63,394 bases of DNA, filler included, from Craspedostauros australis (GCA_030167865.1; 16 parts of 16 records of this genome joined end to end with filler, not necessarily neighbours in it), one strand, 5' to 3'. Positions 24,401 through 34,889 are shown, numbered from the whole stretch's first letter. The notes: a model not told the origin generated them from the sequence alone. Made by a program: numbers and translations.

Positions 24401-26930
24401 TGAACATGACCGAGCTAATTACAGCCCAGATGGCCGGGCCTGCTCCGTTACCCTGTCCGATGCCGTGCATACTGCAGTCTTGCCCACTTCCGTACGACCG
24501 TTTCGATACTCCATACGCCGTGCTGATGCAATGTCGAGCGTCCCGGAGCGTACGGAACATGCACCTCGTCGCCGAAGGGTTCGCCCCTGCTGACATCATC
24601 ACCGTCGCCGCGAAATTGGGAACAATCCGGTCGTAACACGACTTCGCGTCATTTGAACAGAACCAGATGGGCACCTTCTTCTGTTTGCCAACGTCGATGC
24701 TCACTCGCTTGTTAAGCGCAGCGCTGATGGCCGACCGACCTTTTCTGCTACCGAACTGGAACTCTGAGAGCCACTGCCGCTTTTCTGCTGTGACCATCAT
24801 TTGCCTCCCCAGGCGCTTGTTGTTGAGGTTAAACTGAGCGTCCATCAGTTGGATGGTCCGCATTTTCTCAATGTTGAAGACTTGCGCTTTTTTCAGGATC
24901 TCCACATCGGTGATGCGTTGCCATTCCTGTGGAGAATGTCCGGTCTGATATGGTATCTCGCGTAGTGCCATGTCAACTTCCGCAAGAACTTCGTCTGCTG
25001 TCGCCGCCTTGTAGTGACCGAAGTGAGGGTTGCTGGGTTCTGAGTTTGTAAGCTCCGTCTGCTTCTTCCACGCTTTCACGTGTTCTTCTACCGTGAGCTC
25101 GTCAATGTCGCACTCCACGGGTTCAAGGACTTGCATAAGCTGCCGCCAGAGGGGGTGGCCGAAAGTGTTCGGGTGTCCGCCAGCTTGAAGCAGATCTTGT
25201 GCGGTTTGCGGACGCCAGATTTTGTCCATCGTCCTTCTTCCCTGTCCCGACATGCACGGTGTATCTTTTGCTTGTGAGAACCGTCGTTTGTTCTCCACTA
25301 TGCATGCATCCACAATGTCCCCTTGTTCGGTGCACTCATGAACCACTCCGTCTGCGTCTGTGTAGAGCACTTTGGTGGTCATAGCTTTCCCTTTGCCGAA
25401 GACAGTGCGGAGTCTCACCGCTTGCTCTCTTTGCCGCTCCCGATTCAGGAGAGTTTTGATAGCTGTCTCGTAGTCCTGTTCTTGGCTGTCGTGACGTTGC
25501 CGTGCCAGTGTGACGAGGTGTTCTTGCCGTGCCTTCCGGTGCTCTTTCTTGACATCGTAGTAGGCCTGGTACGCTTCGGACTGTGCCGCCGTCGCTTCTT
25601 CCAGGGACGTGGCCGCTGGACAACCTGACTGGGCTCGCAATCGTTTCCTTAGCGACGAGCTGGTCTTCACTCCTTTCCAGTGCTTGACTTCGATGCTCCA
25701 GTACTTCACTTGATTACGCGCCTGCTGCACTTCCGGGGACCATGATACTTCTCCCATGGCTAGCTTCCGGCTCTTTTTCTCCGCAAACTTCCGGATTTGA
25801 TACACCTGTGTAAGCAGTCCGTCGTACGCTCTTCGCTGCGCCGCGTTGATCTCCCATCCTTGTGCTTTCGCCCTTTTGAACAGGTTCATGGCCCGTTGGT
25901 GTATTCGATGTTTCCCGTACTCTCCGAGTATGGCGTCGTTGTATCTTTGGACCACTTTTGGATTGCTAAGGACCAGTCGCCTTGGCTGAGAGGACTTCAC
26001 TCGCTGCACTCCAGCTCCTAAGATCTGACTGAACCCGAGATCGATCCACACCGCCCTATGGTCGGACGGGATAGCATCTCCGAACGCCGTATACCCTGCC
26101 CGGATCACCTCCAGTCCCTCCGAAACGTAGATTGCGTCGATAGGGATGTTCGTTCTGTTCCTTTGCTGTGTGGATCTCCGTGCGTCGTCGCCGATTCGAT
26201 CAGAGATTGCGTTTTTCAAACCCACGGCTTTTAGTGCATGAGCGGTCTGTCCGTGATCTGTGTCTTCGTTCAAGTCGACACCGACCACGATCGCTTCCCC
26301 ATCCTCCTTCCATCGTCGCACAAGGTCTTGAAGATCTTTGACCCAAGCTTCGTGAGGGTCCTCTTGCCTTCCTTGGGTAGTGAGTACTCGCACCTGTTGG
26401 CTCCACACAGTGGTGTCGCCTTCCGTGGATTTGCACGGCCGGTATGCCGCCACCACTCTCACAGACTTGTTCCTCTTTCCCTCGATCTTGCACCAGGACC
26501 ATCTCCCCATGCCACTGTCGTCAACTCCATATTGAAACGCTCGCGCCGCCATTTGTTCTGTAAGGACGACTCCGGTTCCTCCATAGAGTCTTGGCTCTCT
26601 CCCGGGCTCGTGTACGTTGTACGAGAACACGTGCTTGGAACGCTTGACCTTGCCCCGTACGCGTTCTTCCCATTGATCTCTGGGACTGATGTGGTCCCAC
26701 CTCACGTTGGTCTCCGCAAGCGCAAGAACGTCGAGTCTGGACCTTCGGATGAAGTCCATGATTTCGTCATTCTTTTGCTGATACGCGTAAAGCGGGATCT
26801 GGGCTGCATTCTGGAACACCACTCTCACTTCTTCGTTGGTCTTCGACTCCATGACGTCGCCGCAAGCATCGTTTAGCCTACTTGCTTCCTCCTCTCCTTC
26901 TACCGGGTCGCCGGCTGCCGGTGCACTCAT
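21450..26930 (-). CDS. ORF2 polyprotein: APE endonuclease - reverse transcriptase - RNase H - C-terminal CCHC (zf-RVT-like), 1826 aa
   Basis: APE: VFQN, LAETN, AYRP, VDLNE, IDAIY, SDHRAV. RT: QFGSRKGRS, NDAKSCYDRI, GQGNGAGP, FVDD, TLGV. RNase H: VSDGS, RSELAG, LALDG, WVRGHQD, N..WD. CAFC..ETTRHVLRC. Confidence 0.95.
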   Translation of the reverse strand: MSAPAAGDPVEGEEEASRLNDACGDVMESKTNEEVRVVFQNAAQIPLYAYQQKNDEIMDFIRRSRLDVLALAETNVRWDHISPRDQWEERVRGKVKRSKHVFSYNVHEPGREPRLYGGTGVVLTEQMAARAFQYGVDDSGMGRWSWCKIEGKRNKSVRVVAAYRPCKSTEGDTTVWSQQVRVLTTQGRQEDPHEAWVKDLQDLVRRWKEDGEAIVVGVDLNEDTDHGQTAHALKAVGLKNAISDRIGDDARRSTQQRNRTNIPIDAIYVSEGLEVIRAGYTAFGDAIPSDHRAVWIDLGFSQILGAGVQRVKSSQPRRLVLSNPKVVQRYNDAILGEYGKHRIHQRAMNLFKRAKAQGWEINAAQRRAYDGLLTQVYQIRKFAEKKSRKLAMGEVSWSPEVQQARNQVKYWSIEVKHWKGVKTSSSLRKRLRAQSGCPAATSLEEATAAQSEAYQAYYDVKKEHRKARQEHLVTLARQRHDSQEQDYETAIKTLLNRERQREQAVRLRTVFGKGKAMTTKVLYTDADGVVHECTEQGDIVDACIVENKRRFSQAKDTPCMSGQGRRTMDKIWRPQTAQDLLQAGGHPNTFGHPLWRQLMQVLEPVECDIDELTVEEHVKAWKKQTELTNSEPSNPHFGHYKAATADEVLAEVDMALREIPYQTGHSPQEWQRITDVEILKKAQVFNIEKMRTIQLMDAQFNLNNKRLGRQMMVTAEKRQWLSEFQFGSRKGRSAISAALNKRVSIDVGKQKKVPIWFCSNDAKSCYDRIVPNFAATVMMSAGANPSATRCMFRTLRDARHCISTAYGVSKRSYGSGQDCSMHGIGQGNGAGPAIWAVISSVMFKAMEQRGHKQTVAFPNGNGSFDVLGSAFVDDTDLVMLGRDTRVSAEQFANMVQDWSGLLRVTGGAIVPNKSAWWSLSPRFEDGHWQWTDGDLEEEIVIVDGDGARSAIPRRPLDQPLFTLGVFLSFDGNEEQQVKALRSKAEDFAGKMRRSQLSPEDAKCALTLRFIKSVEYVMGITQLTAAQWRRIMAPALLAALPMMGCSRTFPRDLVYAPVSLGGLGVPNPVHRQLIQQIQLVFDEVHGDTPTGRMLRCSIQAVKTELGIGGSLFDHSYEELHHCVTPCWVKGLWRQLYDTGVNIVETTEASELQRDGDEFLMTRWVRDGVKGAMLYHLNMCRMKLGVSRMSDIVEAAGTSLAIGVMEGRDAPSRGRSWARSPENLPSGWWREWQRWCRSLCYRGRSLQAPLGKWHRNDGTWRWWKSALSNKIYDSHANPIRVFVPLRRGRTRSVSYRPQGSVGLLPANIHRVVVATTERGITWNGRIGLDREPEQSEQPYDPVEDLGGDATWELMSIAARNHTLLLVSDGSFKSARGTSCSIMFDEATQRHVACNTFVPGPPSVHSSYRSELAGIWASLEMLDMVPDLDETCSVTLALDGSQALRRAQEDFARPGQRDWDILVEIHRLRGRIRASLTWEWVRGHQDSTGKSLSMLEKLNVEWDKRAKAFWAITASRRRVRRWRSVTNRWTVVVNGEHYSHVGQQEVYKTLQAAATLAYWAKKFEWNMETARSVDWEGYQGARGAKKNRDAAKFVTKWSSGFVGVGRKMKQMGQQESEQCAFCGATETTRHVLRCKEHATAWTTAADELIDRMVYIGTAPRLVANMRIGLVKWRRCQEAPGIQKGVGWYPLMLGFMHKDWRKQQAQWMEQHECRFPDDLAWMKEVVRWVWKVPWGVWRARNEKVHDADQHPALADLRRQVRRMTGGVSQDMTESEAVLLREGYQMEYATEMQMQQWILNVQEVQIKVAARRRARTMQNERRLMSSWLGLT

Positions 26931-27449
26931 GCGGACTGTGTCTCCGCTCCTTTCGGACCGTCGTCTTCTCTGAGTACCTGGCCTTGCACTGATGTGCTGG
27001 GGTTTTGTCTGTGCAATACCCCGCCTGTTGTTACCGCGGTGTTTGCTCTTGTTGTTGTCACCGCTGTTATTGTTCTTTTCGTAGTTGTTGTTGCTGTTGT
27101 TGTTGTTCTTGTTCTGATTATTGTTATTGTTATTGTTGTGGTCTCTTGTAGTTACCGTCTTGATTGCTGATGATGTCGCTTGCTTCGCGATTCTCGCTCT
27201 TTCTCGTCGTTGCTTGACCTGCGTGTGTAACCGTCTCTTGTCGTACGGTGGTCGCTGTTTCGTTGACCCGGCGTTCCGGTGTAATTGCTAAGGCTGTGGC
27301 TGACGCAGTTCTTACCGCTGCGCGTTTCCCGAGGTCGTGTTCGTTCTTGTCCTCTTTTTTTTTTTTTTTTTTTTTTTGAACTCTTGTTGTCCTGCCCGAA
27401 TCCTACGGAGTGGCCGCTTACGCGGCTGGTCCTATGGCGTTCCTGGCGA

Positions 27450-29789
27450 TTACGCTTGCACTGTGGCCTCTTCGCCACCGTCGGATTTGTCGGAACTTGT
27501 GTCCATGTTGACGATCTTATCGTCGGCCGGTTCATCTTCTGTGACCGACCCGTTGCTGCTTGAGCTGTCCTCTTCGTCGTCATCTCCTTCATTCTCTGCG
27601 ATGGTTTCGGGTTGATCCACATCGAAGTCCGTCTTGGCCCGCGGGTCGGACGCGAAAGCACCCGGGTTGTTGGCCTTGTTGGAGGCTGCGTTGGTGATTG
27701 AGTACGCGACGTGGCTGGCCTGTTGTGCCGGTGAGGCTGTCGCGAGCGTGCCTACCGTGTAGTTGTCCCCATTCTGCGTCTTCGGGTTGGATGTTAATTC
27801 CACCTCGAACTGCAGCAGAGGAACCGGCTTCATATTGCCGTGCTCGTCCACGTACCCTTCCCATCCCATTTCTGCTGGGGTCATACCCATTGCCTCTTGT
27901 TCGTCCAGATTCAGGAATCGAGGACCTGCTTGCACCATCTGCCCCATTTCTTGCTCCTCTCTGCTGAGGACCAGGCCGGACTCCCAATCCACGTCGTAGT
28001 GCTCATTCTGCGCCCACGCGTGCGGAGTGAACCACCCTTGGCACCTGTAGTCCAATTTCTTGTAACAGAAAAATGGGAGCTTCGAAATGAGCTCGTGTGC
28101 CTCCACTCTCCTCTTTGGATGGAACACAAAGTGAGTCTGAGTCCAGTCACTCCTATCGGTGTCGACCGATACGAACAGTGAGTAGTCCGGGTCCTCGAAA
28201 GACCTGAGATTCATCACAACCTCGCGCAAGGTCAATCTCCAAATGGGAATCTCGACGTCCAACTGTAGGATTGAATGGACCCCTTGCACCTTCATCACCT
28301 TTTCGAACTCTCGTTGGTGAGCCGCCATTTTACTCAGATTTGCCAGCTCTGACGGAGGGTGTTCGAATCTGGAATCCAATGCATCGGGCATGAACCTCAT
28401 TTGTTTTCCCAACAGACGAATTGTGTCGGACCGGTTGTTGAAAAGGTCCTTCATGGCCACTCTGCACATGAGGGTCTTCGATTCTCCGCACATCACATGT
28501 GTGGCTCTGGGCCGGTTTCGAAAGTCGCTGGTGTCCTTGGGTCGGTTCTTCTTGCTGACCAGTTGGATCTCCTTCGTCCGGAGCTGGACGGCAAATTTCC
28601 CTTTCACAACCTCTGTTTCGTTGATGGCTTCGGTTAGGTCGTTGTTGTTGGTGGTACTGTGACTACCAAACAACCACCCTGCTGTCACGATGTTGTGCTC
28701 TTGGATGTCAGACTTGGAAAAGGATATCGCTGATGCTCGGAGTGTACCGTCGTCGTCGAATGCTTCGATGTCTGCTTTGTGGGCTACCCAGATCCTCGTG
28801 TAGGTGTTGAATCCTGTACGGGCGTACAGGCTCTCAACGAACTGCTTGATTGTCTCGCGGGATGTCCACGGAACGTCGGATGCCGTCCATGGTTTCATGT
28901 CTTTGCTTCTTCTCCATGCCACGATCTGGGCCTTCGAATCAGCGCTGAAAATGAAGGCTCTGACTTCGTTGAGGCTCGCGATGACCTGATTGATGAGCGG
29001 GTCATTGGATTCTCTCGCCATGGGCAGGCGGACGTCGAAGAAGGTTTTGTTGAAATCACTCAGCACATCGTTCACGCTGGGTAGATCTGCCTGTCTCGCC
29101 GACTTCCTTGGGAATGCCACTACCTTGCGTTTGGGTTTACGAGGCTTCTTCTTCTTCTTCGGGTTTGGTGAGGTTGTGGTCTCTTCTTCGTCCTCAAACT
29201 CGATTCCTTTGGACTGCATGAAGACGATTCGTGCAGCTACCCAAGCGGAGGTTTCGTGTGTGGCCTTGATCCTTCCGGCGTCCCACATGTTGGGGAAGAT
29301 GTTGGGGGTCGCAACCAGCCGAATCATGAGCTCCACCAGATTGATGTTTTGTTCAGGCTGAAGCTTGTTGTCGTAAGCGCGTTGAAATGCCTCCATCCAC
29401 TCCTCCAGTGATTTTTCGATGTCCCCTTCCTTTGTGTTCGCCTTGATGTGCGCAACCGTTTCGTCGAGTGCGCCCTCCGCCCCTGTGGCGGCAGTGAAGG
29501 GTTGCGCATCTCGCGTCAGCAAATTGCGTTCGCGAAGGATGTCACCCCAAGATTTCTCATGGTCGTGACTCCAGATCCAACGGCCGTTGCTCGTCGTGTT
29601 GTCGCTTTTTGACGCTTTTTTCCGTGCGCCTTCCCGGGCTTGTTTTCGCCCCCCTCCTCCTCGTCCTCCCTCGCCGTCATCACCATTGTGACGGCCTCCT
29701 CTCCCTTGACGTCCTGATGCCCTCTGCTGAGTGCGGGGTGGCCTTGGGTTAGCTCTGCCAGAGCCGTTTGCTGCGTCGGTGCGCGCCAT
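27450..29789 (-). CDS. ORF1 protein of the non-LTR element (779 aa from first ATG)
   Basis: Long intact ORF inside the TSD-bounded element, ~100 nt from its 5' end; RGG-rich N-terminus, basic NLS-like PKKKKKPRKPKRK, acidic C-terminal tail. Confidence 0.85.
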   Translation of the reverse strand: MARTDAANGSGRANPRPPRTQQRASGRQGRGGRHNGDDGEGGRGGGGRKQAREGARKKASKSDNTTSNGRWIWSHDHEKSWGDILRERNLLTRDAQPFTAATGAEGALDETVAHIKANTKEGDIEKSLEEWMEAFQRAYDNKLQPEQNINLVELMIRLVATPNIFPNMWDAGRIKATHETSAWVAARIVFMQSKGIEFEDEEETTTSPNPKKKKKPRKPKRKVVAFPRKSARQADLPSVNDVLSDFNKTFFDVRLPMARESNDPLINQVIASLNEVRAFIFSADSKAQIVAWRRSKDMKPWTASDVPWTSRETIKQFVESLYARTGFNTYTRIWVAHKADIEAFDDDGTLRASAISFSKSDIQEHNIVTAGWLFGSHSTTNNNDLTEAINETEVVKGKFAVQLRTKEIQLVSKKNRPKDTSDFRNRPRATHVMCGESKTLMCRVAMKDLFNNRSDTIRLLGKQMRFMPDALDSRFEHPPSELANLSKMAAHQREFEKVMKVQGVHSILQLDVEIPIWRLTLREVVMNLRSFEDPDYSLFVSVDTDRSDWTQTHFVFHPKRRVEAHELISKLPFFCYKKLDYRCQGWFTPHAWAQNEHYDVDWESGLVLSREEQEMGQMVQAGPRFLNLDEQEAMGMTPAEMGWEGYVDEHGNMKPVPLLQFEVELTSNPKTQNGDNYTVGTLATASPAQQASHVAYSITNAASNKANNPGAFASDPRAKTDFDVDQPETIAENEGDDDEEDSSSSNGSVTEDEPADDKIVNMDTSSDKSDGGEEATVQA

Positions 29790-30033
29790 TGTCAAGTTTT
29801 TTGTTCTGGTAGTAATTGTACGTGTTCTACGTAAGATTTTTAGTACTGGTCCTACATACGTCTTCTCGGTGGAAGGGTCACGCGGACTATGGAATCGAGA
29901 TTATATCTTAGTCATGGTATGCTGACTTGTCTAGTGACGCCAGGCGCATCAGTGAGCACGTGGCAACAACAGTTAGAATACAGATCGCCGTCGTCAGAGA
30001 TGATGCATGCATCTTGTCGACATCGACGGATCA

Positions 30034-30710
30034 TGTTGGCAAGTTCCGTTCGCGGATACCTTGCGATCATGCTAGACGGTGTTGTTGTTTGGTATTCTGT
30101 TTGCTATTTCATTACGTAGACACTCCAATCCTCTCGGTGTCTCTTCTGCTCTTGCCCGATGCTCTTGGCGCGTCTCTTCAGTTGGTACAACTATGAGTTG
30201 GTACACAAGATGCTCTCTTGCTGTTGCTCGTACTCTCTCTCTCTCTCTCTCTCAATGTTGCATGTTCACTCCACGCAACATTCCGTACTTGACGCGTACT
30301 CCGCATGCAGTACATACTCCGTCATACCATTCTCTATTGGCCCACTACTCCACGAGTAATCACCAATGCTCCCACACTGCTCTCCTCCTTGCATACTTAC
30401 AATCTCGATGTCCCTTGGTCATCGAATCTTCGCCTCTTTGATCTGATATTGAGACAGATGTCGACTTGGTGACACCTTGACATCTTGTCAACGTCAGCTG
30501 TTGGTTCCATGGTCCTTCTGATTCCACATTCCATCGATGATGCAATGGTCTGGCAGATGATATTGTCATTTGAGGTTTAGTTGGGAGGTACATCGAGTTT
30601 TGCTCGATACCATACGTTTCCATTGATGCATGGACGGACGATGTTCCTGATTCTCTCAGAAATGATTGTTCACAAATGTCCTTCTGAAATTCTGTTTTTT
30701 GTGTGTTCCA
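30034..30710 (+). repeat. Unclassified dispersed repeat (~680 bp, internal (CT)n), copy 1
   Basis: Collinear with 39245-39649 + 42353-42753 (shared tgttggcaagttccg, tttgctatttcatta, actatgagttggtac, gaggtttagttggga, ttctctcagaaat, gtgtgttcca). Confidence 0.85.
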
Positions 30711-31301
30711 TTTCTACTGTAATTCTGACGAATCACAGCATACTATCGACACGAATGTAGTTTTACCGTCCAAGCACGTATTAGAGAATAATGGGTGAAT
30801 GATGCACATATACACGTACATCTCGACAGACATAGCTTGCGGACCAGAGTAGAACAACAAACACACTCAGACAACGTCAAGTGCAGCATGGCCATGTTGC
30901 AGCGCCATCACTACACAAGCACACCGCATGTGTTTATCACGCTCTCGGACACACACACACACTCTCTCTCTCTAGAAAGATTAACAATCTATCCTCGCGA
31001 TACATACGAGTGTGATAGTTGGGGAGTAAGACACGTAGAGTAGAATACCTTGACTCGCCGCATCAATTAGCACTGGATTCAAACGCCAATGTTTCCGTAT
31101 GTACATAGTACAAGTGAAGGTGAAGGGCAAGCCGATCGAAGGCAATGTTACGAGTACCCTGACACCCATACTCGTACTATTGAAAGAGGTTAATCAACAA
31201 TCAACGTTCATATTGTGGCGATCTTGCTCTACTCTATCCGCATTTATTATTTGGTTGGTATTCTATTATGTATTTGTATTAGGTTTAGTACGATATAGAA
31301 T

Positions 31302-32033
31302 TTATGCCATCAGCAAATGAGTTCGTTCGTTGCATTCTCCATCGTCCTGTTTTGCCTCGGACGCATCGTCACCAACAGCGCCAACACTATCATCGGCATC
31401 AGCATCGCCTCCTTCCATGCCCTCCCTCTGCTGGATCTCCAAGCTGAACGCATCCCAATCCTTCCTCATGAATGCAGCGAACAGCGACACGAGGATGCCG
31501 AAGTATGGCACCACGATCCAGGTCCATGTCGCGCTGAGACCATGACCTTGGATGATCGTCTCGTAGTATGTGACCGGGAGACCAATCACCCACAGGAAGA
31601 AGAAATTGATCGCACCCAACGTCCATTGCAAACCCAGACCGTTGGCGATTCCGTTGGAGCAGAGGAACACCATCAGGAAGAAGCCGTAGCCGCACACCTT
31701 CACCCAGATCTCGTCCGCGCCATCGATGACTTCCTGTTCTGTTGTGAAGATGGAGAACAGCTCGAACCGGAAGATATAGACCAGCACTGACGTGATGAAG
31801 TAGCAGACGGTTGCAATCGTCATGGTGACAGCCACCAACAGCTTTGCCCGCTGTACGTTGATTGGAAGCAAGACGCCCATGCGGATGGACAAAGCCGTGC
31901 TGGTGCCAGATGGACCCATGGAGAGTGCCATGATGATCTGTGTCGGGATGGTATGGACGCTGAGTGGAATGACTCCCAACATGCCCACGATCAGACCCAG
32001 CGCCTCCCAGTACACCCATTCGGATTGTGCCAG
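31302..32033 (-). CDS. MATE family efflux transporter, C-terminal part (5' end in gap)
   Basis: SEWVYWE...G.LG..LSVHTIPTQ, ALSIRMG, GIANGLGLQW.LG..N....WVIGLP; multiple TM segments; frame open to the gap. Confidence 0.85.
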   Translation of the reverse strand: MAQSEWVYWEALGLIVGMLGVIPLSVHTIPTQIIMALSMGPSGTSTALSIRMGVLLPINVQRAKLLVAVTMTIATVCYFITSVLVYIFRFELFSIFTTEQEVIDGADEIWVKVCGYGFFLMVFLCSNGIANGLGLQWTLGAINFFFLWVIGLPVTYYETIIQGHGLSATWTWIVVPYFGILVSLFAAFMRKDWDAFSLEIQQREGMEGGDADADDSVGAVGDDASEAKQDDGECNERTHLLMA

Positions 32034-32493
32034 NNNNNNNNNNNNNNNNNNNNNNNNNNNNNNNNNNNNNNNNNNNNTTAATTAATTAANNNNNNNNNNN
32101 NNNNNNNNNNNNNNNNNNNNNNNNNNNNNNNNNGCATTCAAGATGTGTGAACGAACGATTTATCAACTTCATAAACAGTCCCAAGCATGATCAAACCATG
32201 TGGCTTTGACGCGACGGGACGCACACGCTAATATATCGAGCTTAGAGATATTCAGGGTGACTGAATCGTATCGTGTTTGGTGCGCGTCTGTCTGTCTGGT
32301 TGCGAAGTACGTTTCGAACAAAACGCAAATGGAAATTCGAAGTTTTNNNNNNNNNNNNNNNNNNNNNNNNNNNNNNNNNNNNNNNNNNNNNNNNNNNNNN
32401 NNNNNNNNNNNNNNNNNNNNNNNNNNNNNNNNNNNNNNNNNNNNNNNNNNNTTTATCTCGGACTAACTATGGGTTCTTCATGAGATACTATGA

Positions 32494-34889
32494 TTGAGGT
32501 TGGAGTTACGGCCGATACCACGAAGGCATGGTACTTTTCGAAGTGTTGACCCGAAACTTCGAAAAGAAGAGAATGCTCAACTCTGTTCGACGATGGCGAT
32601 GGTGATGGCAACCCCTCCAACAGCGCCGTATCCCTTCACATTGGTACCACCGACGCAAACACAAACACAAACAATCAGACAAGATGAGGAGGCATTGACA
32701 TCCAAGAGGATCTGTGGGAAGCCTCGCCAATTGCTCCGCACCTTGACCCACCCGTCGTACAACTATGAGTATGGAACCTCCCATGAGTATGATCTACTCT
32801 GGGAGTTGCCACAGCCAAGCGTCCAGCCTGATACTCTGTTCGAACCTTCGTCCAGCCCGTGCGGTCATGTGATCATGACCATCGAAGTTTCTGGAAGAGG
32901 ACGGTGTCAGACTGATAGCAGAGAAGCAAGCGGAGATCAAGCAACCGCAACAGGAGGCCGACACGAAATCGAAGGTGAGCAAGCCCACCAGCGTCGCCCA
33001 AGAGGCCAAAGAGGCCAAAGCAGCTGCACATTCAGGTGGTCGTGCGAGTGTCAGCACAGATACACCAATCAGCGCCAATAGAAGTGCAGCAAAAGATGCG
33101 AAAGCTTTGGCCGTGAAACGATCATGTGCGAAGAATCTGGACATGCTCGACATGCAAGCTCATGAGATGTCATTCAGCTCCCTTGATCCCAGCAAGTTCC
33201 ACAACAACGAATCGATACCAGCGCCAAACACCCCAGGTGGACTCAGCTTCGCCACAGCCACAGCACTTGGCGCAACCTGCGAACGGATCAACCAAGACAA
33301 GACGAAGCTTGCCCAGAGTTGGAGACGCAGGCCAAGGCCAAGAACGAATTCCAACGGAACAACCAGCAGCGACAAATCGAGGAACAAGAGTTTGGAATTC
33401 TCGAAGGACGGACACAACATGCCAGGCACAACATACACACCAGACACATCAGGCGCGAAGAGTACAGCCAGCACCCCGGATCTATCTCGAGTTGCGACAA
33501 CGGAGACGTCACGCAGTGAGAGCCTGGAGTCACGCTCCAATCTGCCAAGTCTCCACGACAGCGTCGACGTTGCGACAAGTGCTGCTGCAACGAATGGTGG
33601 GAGAAGCCCCGAGGCCCCTGTCACGCCTGGAGGTTGGAGCGCGGCATCTACACCAGCCCCCTTCAGCCGCACACATGAAGAGAGACAACAGTCTTCGTCG
33701 TTGAACAAGCGCAGGTCGACCTTGGACAGCATCCTCAAGATCAAATCATCATCATTACGTGAAGTGTCGTCGACCAATCCTGCCAAATCGAAGCAATGAC
33801 CATCTCTCGAATCCCGACCATCGCAATTGGCCGATCTTGCCTTGACCAAAGCAGCCGCAAAGGCACCATCATCGTCGCCATCATTAACACAGTCCAAATC
33901 CAAACTCAATCTGCAACAGTTCGAACGCAACCACGGAGGTGTCTCGGCCACAACCCCAAGCCCCATCCAGCCCTGGAGCCTTGAGTTTGGGAATCAAATG
34001 GCAATCGAGCAAGAAGGAACAGGTGACTCCTTCCCGCAACAGATCTGCATGCAGTTCGTTGCGCCCAAGTGAAGACTCAAAGCAACGACGTTCACGCGGA
34101 CGAAGCACGGGTGCTCTGCGTGATGAGAAGCGATCAAGGAAAGGATCTCCAAGGTGCTTGGCAATGGGCCCTGACGTCACCACTCCAGCAAAACAAGAGG
34201 TGTGTCATCACCATTGATATTACCATCGAAATCACTGTCGCCACGGCATCGGCGGAGAAGCGCACAGCACACCAGTGGCAAGCCGCACTCGACATCGTCA
34301 AGATCAAACAGTGTGGAGCGTTTGCCATCATTTCGTCATCGTCGTGACGGAGCAATTCACACTTCCTCCTCTGGAAGAAGCCGCCGCTCGCCATCGGCGC
34401 GGAGTCGTCGAAGTCCGTCCGATCGCGGCCGCAGAAGAACTGCGCAAGCATCGATGGGCTCATCGCCATCATCGTGGCGACAACGAACATCTGGCAGTTC
34501 GGATGATATGAACGCAGCCTCGAGTTCACGCGAAACCAACTCAAATGCGCACTCCACTGGTACTGGTTTGCAACAGTGCAACGGCTCACCTTCCCGAATG
34601 CATGTCCGAAGAAGTTCGCGAACACCAAATCAACGTGGCCGTAGCCAATCGACACCACGTGGCGAAGATCGGCGAAGATCAGCGAAGGAAGTCCTCCGAT
34701 GAATGATCACCATCGGCGCGACAACGAAGCAGATCAAGAGGACATCGAATTGACAGCGTCGAACGGCACAGCAATGAGCGAGATGACAATGGACGAGATG
34801 GCAAACAACAACATGGCAACAAACGTTCGTCATCACGCGGAGCCCTTCAATCAAATCGCCGTGGACGAAGCAGATCGTCAACTCGCGAT
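32494..34889 (+). pseudogene. Ser/Arg-rich low-complexity coding-like region broken by stops/frameshifts
   Basis: Successive S/R/T-rich ORFs (32975-33799, 33827-34072, 34202-34702 share a frame) separated by TGA stops; no recognisable domain; unrecognised introns not excluded. Confidence 0.35.

Larger units (their letters stand above)
21344..29890 (-). mobile_element. Full-length Ambal-like non-LTR retrotransposon (8547 bp) with (TTA)n 3' tail
   Basis: Perfect 15-bp TSD ggaatcgagattata at 21329-21343 and 29891-29905; (TAA)4 on + strand at 21342-21353; two long intact ORFs. Confidence 0.92.

Noticed and set aside
21693..24636. Long plus-strand ORFs (331 aa, 265 aa) antisense to ORF2, and similar shadow ORFs elsewhere
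   Set aside because: Expected antisense shadows of GC-rich coding sequence; no motifs.
29790..29890. Self-cleaving (HDV-like/hammerhead) ribozyme at the element 5' end
   Set aside because: Only a short gtcc/ggac pairing seen; could not build the nested pseudoknot or a CUGAUGA/GAAA core by eye. An Infernal/RNArobo search would settle it.
30600..30615. tRNA-Met primer-binding-site-like tggtatcgagc on the minus strand
   Set aside because: Imperfect and not conserved in the second copy of the repeat.
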